Positions 33,001 through 35,499 of a stretch of 35,499 nt of DNA are shown one piece after another. How positions within the stretch are numbered: the stretch's first letter is position 1; every line of letters starts with the position of its first letter. The notes under the pieces are model-generated. The model did no database searches and was not told where the DNA came from. It saw only the letters and a program-made list of their open reading frames with translations. The stretch is from Nemertoderma westbladi (Eukaryota; Animalia; Xenacoelomorpha). Location: positions 1 through 35,499 of the forward strand of contig JAUCBJ010000199.1 of the NCBI GenBank assembly GCA_032718475.1. The letters are read 5' to 3'. Position numbers and translations under genes: made by a program.

Positions 33001-33795
33001 TATGCCCGAATTGTATATGTTTGGGCCTTCTAACAGGTAGTCGTTTAAGCATTTTCCATCGGTCTTTGCTGATGCGTCGACTACCATCCGTAGTTTACCT
33101 TTCTTTGGGTCTAAAGCCACGTGTAGTGGCAGGTAATATGTCCTGTCCGTGTTCGGCTCGTCGACCGGTAACTCCACGGCCCATCCTTTCTCGACGTACT
33201 TCTTAATTGTTCTTTGGATGTACTCATTCTTCTCGGGGCTCCGTTTTAGTGTTTGTTTCAGCTTGCGGAGTCTCGTGAGTACCATCCCTCTATTGTCGGG
33301 CAGCGGTATCTTCGGTAGTTTCCATACCATTCCTATAGTATACCGCCCCTCATTGCATGTCATCGATTCCTCCACGCTTTGTAAAGCCTGCTTGTCTTCT
33401 ACTGAGGTCCCGACTCCGGTTTCTTTCAGTCCCTCGAAATCCTGTCTGAGCAGTCTTTTAAGCTGCTCCTCTGCTCCCTCGTCACCCATTTCCTGCATTG
33501 TTCCCGCGAACATGCATCCTGATGTCTCCGACATCCTAAATGGTATCTTGCTCTTAATTGGACCACTCAGCGTCCACCCGAATGGTGTTAATATGGCCAC
33601 CGGGTCACTCTGCTTGTCTTCGCCGAAGACCGTTTGCATTCTTTCGTGGGCCGTTGGGCAGTCCATACCTACTATGATGGACACCTTCCTAACGTCCACG
33701 TCTGGGATTGAGAAGTCAATGTCGTCCAGGAATTTATACTGCTCGACCTCGATGTTGGTTGGCCGCCTGGCATTGATATTAACCTGTGATAGTAA
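30073..33795 (-). CDS. BEL/Pao pol: protease C-terminal part, RT, RNase H, integrase
   Basis: TPFGW, LRMVVDAS, CLNDYLLEGP, DIEGMFNQV, FYVDD, YDPLG, FSDAS, PKLEL, TDS, NPADLLSRG, H..H..CQTC, GVDMFGP, SDNGTNF, VERLV, WRRWVEEYL. Stop-free but separated from gag-PR by an insertion. Confidence 0.95.
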   Translation of the reverse strand, partial: LLSQVNINARRPTNIEVEQYKFLDDIDFSIPDVDVRKVSIIVGMDCPTAHERMQTVFGEDKQSDPVAILTPFGWTLSGPIKSKIPFRMSETSGCMFAGTMQEMGDEGAEEQLKRLLRQDFEGLKETGVGTSVEDKQALQSVEESMTCNEGRYTIGMVWKLPKIPLPDNRGMVLTRLRKLKQTLKRSPEKNEYIQRTIKKYVEKGWAVELPVDEPNTDRTYYLPLHVALDPKKGKLRMVVDASAKTDGKCLNDYLLEGPNIYNSGIEVLLRFRNGKHAFTCDIEGMFNQVRVTEEDSDSQRFLWYNGEEEPLIIPAYKMVVQNMGAKSSSFTTTMAVRDTVKGKEDRYSSRAVDMIRRGFYVDDGMESGNTVKEILDTGREVRDILKGSGFNLTKFQSSSEEFIKAIEDRRPESTNDNPTTAKGQDMAIKRTEFQQKALGIVWDRETDELKYQLSQEGADIHTKRGYVSYIARIYDPLGLASQLLVTGKQILKRVYKLKDEWDVEVPEEIKKQWSKWTGDLEEMGTYNMPRVYFPDGNMTNLDLHMFSDASLEAYGAALYLVQREGAHKPRLAFSKAKSTPPDSASVPKLELTAARLGVRATAYLVDTIPNIVETHYCTDSMVVLGWLHNERTRYHIFVANRVDEIRATTELERWHYCPTDENPADLLSRGVVRHTFLKKEVLWQHGPQFLNDKEAWSPMRKVDPGSGEAVSEGEEGDSEGEEIYSQMVREIRDVQPKPEELCDNPTDKLLRYSSSWYKTKKLVAYWRAFGNFLAGVGKDKKIRTTIDLEGAAKAVIRYEQRKNYGDEVERVGNQQHLRRDSELITLSPQLNDDGILVMNSRVGYNNSIVVPPKPIIIPTGSPIVHQIIWDSHKSILHGGTNRTLTEIRRTYWVKQLRKKVKAVVGQCQTCRRAKKERAVQEMAPLPASRVRQHDPPFTHCGVDMFGPIKIKVMRHTEKRYGIIFVCNNTRAVGIELAQDATASAFINALERFRDRKGGTIAVIYSDNGTNFVGAESEMAEALDILEGEEVRAAMRRPQVKWERRTPYAPHTLGCVERLVGSSKRLMTKLMNTHMVTEDVLRTVLAKCEGIINSRLLYPENDDPESLDVLTPSHFLMERPATIDMRGVDPDDIHSRQSWKVAKAISTEYWRRWVEEYLPILHKRSKWRKPNRELREGDLVIVTDDTIINNQWRLARVVGTYSDEDGRVRSVEVWIGGKIGAKDRKTYRRAVGKCCLLEGAP

Positions 33796-33798
33796 CCT

Positions 33799-34744
33799 GA
33801 TACAGATAATAAGCAGTGATTTTTATGTTTTAAACTATAACGTTAGTGTTAGCCTTACAGTGTATCAGTATGAAGCTGAGTAAACATTCGCCTTATAAGC
33901 ATACAACCTCCAAAGTATTAATGTTGGACGAAAGATTTAAAAATAAAATACAGTGCAGTAGTACTCTGTAACTAACAGTCATTCAGCTTGCACTACATGT
34001 CAATCACCTATAAAACATTTTGAATGCCACAGTGATTATTAACCCAATACAGATAATAAGAAGTGATTTTTATATTTCAAACTATAATGTTAGTCTTAGC
34101 CTTACAGAGTATCAGTATAAGGCTGAGTAAACATTCCACCTTATAAGCATACAGCCTCCACAGTATTAATGTTGGCATAATGTAGCCAATACACTGTATA
34201 CCTAATAGTCATTCAGCAGGGGGAAGAGTTATTCAGCTGAGGCGGTAATAGATTGCAAACTAAACCAACCAGTTGGCAGCCTCATCGATTTATACTAAGC
34301 CTGTGTAGAACCACAAACTAAATCAACCAGTTAATATTTGCTTTGACAGAGAGTGCAGGGCCTAAACAAATAGTATGGGTGTACTAAGTACAATAATCTT
34401 GGCAACCTCATCGATTTATACTAAGCCTTGTGTAGAAATGCATTACATAAGCCATTTTTCATCACGGCACCAGCTGTCATTGGTGTTATTTTACCATTGC
34501 GCCAATGGCGTTTTTTCGTTTATGTCTATTTTTCGAGCCCACGGCTCATGGACGAAATAGCGGAACATACCTGAGACCTTAGAATCGCGGTATCCAGCCG
34601 CTGTGAAAATTTCATCAAAATCGTTAGAGTAGTTTTGGCTGTAGATCAGCCAGCCAGTCAGCCAGCCAGTCAGCCAGCCAGTCAGCCAGCCAGCCAGTCA
34701 ATCAGCTAACAATTCTTACAGTAATCAAGTCTAACGACAGCCAC
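33799..34744. mobile_element. AT-rich insertion splitting the protease region; Helitron/Helentron-like non-autonomous element
   Basis: Abrupt compositional shift; internal duplications (33800 vs 34047, 34280 vs 34406); AAATTTCATCAAAATCG followed by (CAGC/CAGT)n at 34647-34705. Boundaries approximate. Confidence 0.55.
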
Positions 34745-35499
34745 TGCTGCAATTGCGCACCGTCCTGTTCTCATCTCCAGGATCTCATCTTTGCTAGAGA
34801 TGGTTGTTACCGCTATTCTGCTTGGCCTCGTTCTCAATCCTATCTCTTCGGCCACCCATTCCTCGACTAATGTGAAGGCAGCTCCACTATCAACCAGCAT
34901 TAGTGTTGTTACTGAACGATTGCCTTCCCCGATCACTCGCACGGGTACTACTCCAAGTAACACCGTTCCTCTCTTCTTCGCCCCTACTGTGCTCGTCGCC
35001 ATCGTTTGGCCTCTCCTCTGACCAAATTTTATCGGCTTCTCCTTGCACTCCCTTGCTCTATGTCCACTCATTACACATCGCGAGCAGATTCTATTGCTCG
35101 ACGCATAATCTATCTGATCTTGCCTAGGTAGCGCCTGCCAGTACCTGCAGTTCATGGTTTGATGAAGCGCATTTGCGTGTAGCTGGCATTTGCTCTTTGG
35201 GTCGTAGCCCTCTTTATACAATGCATTGCGTATCGCAGTTGCGTTTGTACCAAAGTCCCTACTATTCTTATTGTTCGGGTTCAGCCTACTGGACGTACTG
35301 GGGTTATGTTTATTCGTGTTGTTATTGTTTCCCTGTCCGTTCCATGGTGTTGTCTTATCCTCGGCTAGCTGTGGACTTGCAGTCCCCTGCGTCGCTGCAT
35401 ATGGCAATGATAGCCTGAGTCTCGGTAATGCGTTTGATGTATTGTGCTCTGGTTTCAGTCTATGGTAATCTGTCTTCGGTCCCTTTCCCAGGCTATCTT
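34745..35499 (-). CDS. BEL/Pao gag C terminus and aspartic protease N-terminal part (partial)
   Basis: Frame open to the window edge; CQLHANALHQTMNC, CSRCVMSGHRAREC, VLLGVVPVRV, MLVDSGA. Confidence 0.9.

Larger units (their letters stand above)
25116..35499 (-). mobile_element. BEL/Pao LTR retrotransposon with an additional 3' ORF; 5' end outside the window
   Basis: gag-PR-RT-RNaseH-IN order with Pao-type motifs, PPT and 3' LTR; inserted after ATTTA in the TIR of the host element. Confidence 0.95.

Noticed and set aside
26287-33883. Many overlapping antisense and alternative-frame ORFs over pol and the accessory ORF
   Set aside because: Shadow ORFs typical of GC-richer coding DNA; no motifs recognised.

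Overview
AT-rich eukaryotic (probably invertebrate animal) DNA made almost entirely of nested transposable elements. From left to right: a probable LTR with a 287-bp tandem repeat behind it (1-2741), DNA-transposon debris, and a tRNA-derived element. Next is a decayed minus-strand APE-type LINE (about 4580-4780 and 11916-16800) whose ORF1 carries a SAP domain, 16-aa repeats and a Ulp1/SENP-like protease. It is split by a piggyBac-type MITE, an esterase-ORF1 L2/CR1-group LINE and an RTE-clade RT fragment. One apparent host exon (signal peptide plus beta/gamma-crystallin motif) lies at 17962-18194. A second MITE copy is interrupted by an AGTAGT-starting long-TIR element (Polinton/Maverick-like, no genes left), which holds an intact piggyBac (20799-24216) and is cut in its right TIR by a BEL/Pao LTR retrotransposon (25116 to window end). 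The most striking item is the extra intact 848-aa ORF in the env position of the BEL/Pao element, which reads as a DEDDy 3'-5' exonuclease fused to three CCHC zinc knuckles. All domain calls are from motif recognition by eye; no searches were run.
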